Below are positions 63,566 through 64,000 of a stretch of DNA of 64,000 nt, in pieces. Each line of letters opens with the position of its first letter. The stretch's first letter is position 1. Origin of the DNA: a virus (lineage: Duplodnaviria > Caudoviricetes); the IMG/VR virus record IMGVR_UViG_3300043432_000485, positions 139,363 through 203,362 of that record, one strand, 5' to 3'. The translations under genes and the position numbers were made by a program. Under the pieces are notes generated by a model, which saw only the letters and a list, made by a program, of their open reading frames with translations, did no database searches and had not been told where the DNA came from.

Positions 63566-64000
63566 TTATGCGTCGTAAGAAGTGAATCCACCGTAGATCA
63601 CGTTGGCAGTGGCGGTGTCGGACCTGAAGTACAGGGCAATGAAAGCAGGACCAACCACGGGAAGGTCTCCCATTGGGTAGGAATACTGGGGTTGAACTGA
63701 GATGGTGCGAATGAAGTTGCCCAGTTGTTGTGGGATGCTGTTGGCAGTGACGGGGTTCTGAACTTTCACGATACAGCTACCGTTCACGACAGTGCTGCTG
63801 AGAGAAATGTTCCTGATGAAGCAGGTCTTTCCAGAGGCCACGTAGTGGTGAGCCAGATTGGTCTTCACCTCGTCGGCGAGAACCGTGGCTACAGTTGTGC
63901 CTCCATTCTTGAGAGAAATGTTTCCCTGGTTGGCCCCATAGGACCCAGCTGTCACCACCACTATGCTCTCTATGTAGCAGTAGTTGGAGTTGGACGCCGT
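63566..64000 (-). CDS. Virion protein, 5'-truncated by the window edge
   Basis: Frame is open from 64000 (TASNSNYCYIESIVVVTAGSYGANQG...), homologous to the C-terminus of 59499-60743. Confidence 0.65.
   Translation of the reverse strand, partial: TASNSNYCYIESIVVVTAGSYGANQGNISLKNGGTTVATVLADEVKTNLAHHYVASGKTCFIRNISLSSTVVNGSCIVKVQNPVTANSIPQQLGNFIRTISVQPQYSYPMGDLPVVGPAFIALYFRSDTATANVIYGGFTSYDA

Noticed and set aside
1-64000. CRISPR array or tRNA genes
   Set aside because: No regularly spaced 25-45-nt repeats and no cloverleaf or T-loop signatures were seen; intergenic gaps are mostly under 200 nt.
58954-64000. Diversity-generating retroelement acting on the fibre paralogues
   Set aside because: The paralogous segments differ at many non-adenine and synonymous positions, and no reverse transcriptase or near-identical TR/VR pair is in the window.
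1-64000. Stop-codon recoding (TAG or TGA read as sense)
   Set aside because: Long ORFs are intact under the standard code, and both TAG and TGA sit directly before coupled starts (e.g. 1501, 7348, 61575).

Overview
This is a 64-kb slice of the virion-morphogenesis region of a large, GC-rich, contractile-tailed phage, probably a jumbo phage. No capsid, terminase or host housekeeping genes fall inside the window. Almost every real gene is on the minus strand, tightly packed and translationally coupled; only two are on the plus strand. In transcription order (high to low coordinates) the window has: a cluster of beta-rich fibre/decoration paralogues and a GH18-like protein; head-decoration and neck genes, interrupted by a glycosyltransferase plus pyruvyltransferase pair; a Dps-like gene and an actin-family ATPase that resembles haloarchaeal volactin; the tail terminator and a 1411-aa tail sheath; a ~10-kb accessory island (UvrD helicase, J-domain protein, MqsA-like HTH and others); then tail tube, chaperones, tape measure, tube initiators (one with a lytic transglycosylase domain), hub, spike and baseplate proteins. 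Nine free-standing homing-endonuclease-like genes are interspersed. The most interesting signals are the volactin-like actin, clusters of (C/T)AGA(C/T) repeats in three intergenic leaders, a promoter-in-hairpin that buries an endonuclease start codon, an EndoVII ORF bracketed by a 12-bp inverted repeat, and recurring terminal peptide motifs in non-structural proteins. All product calls come from reading motifs by eye and from gene context; no database searches were run.
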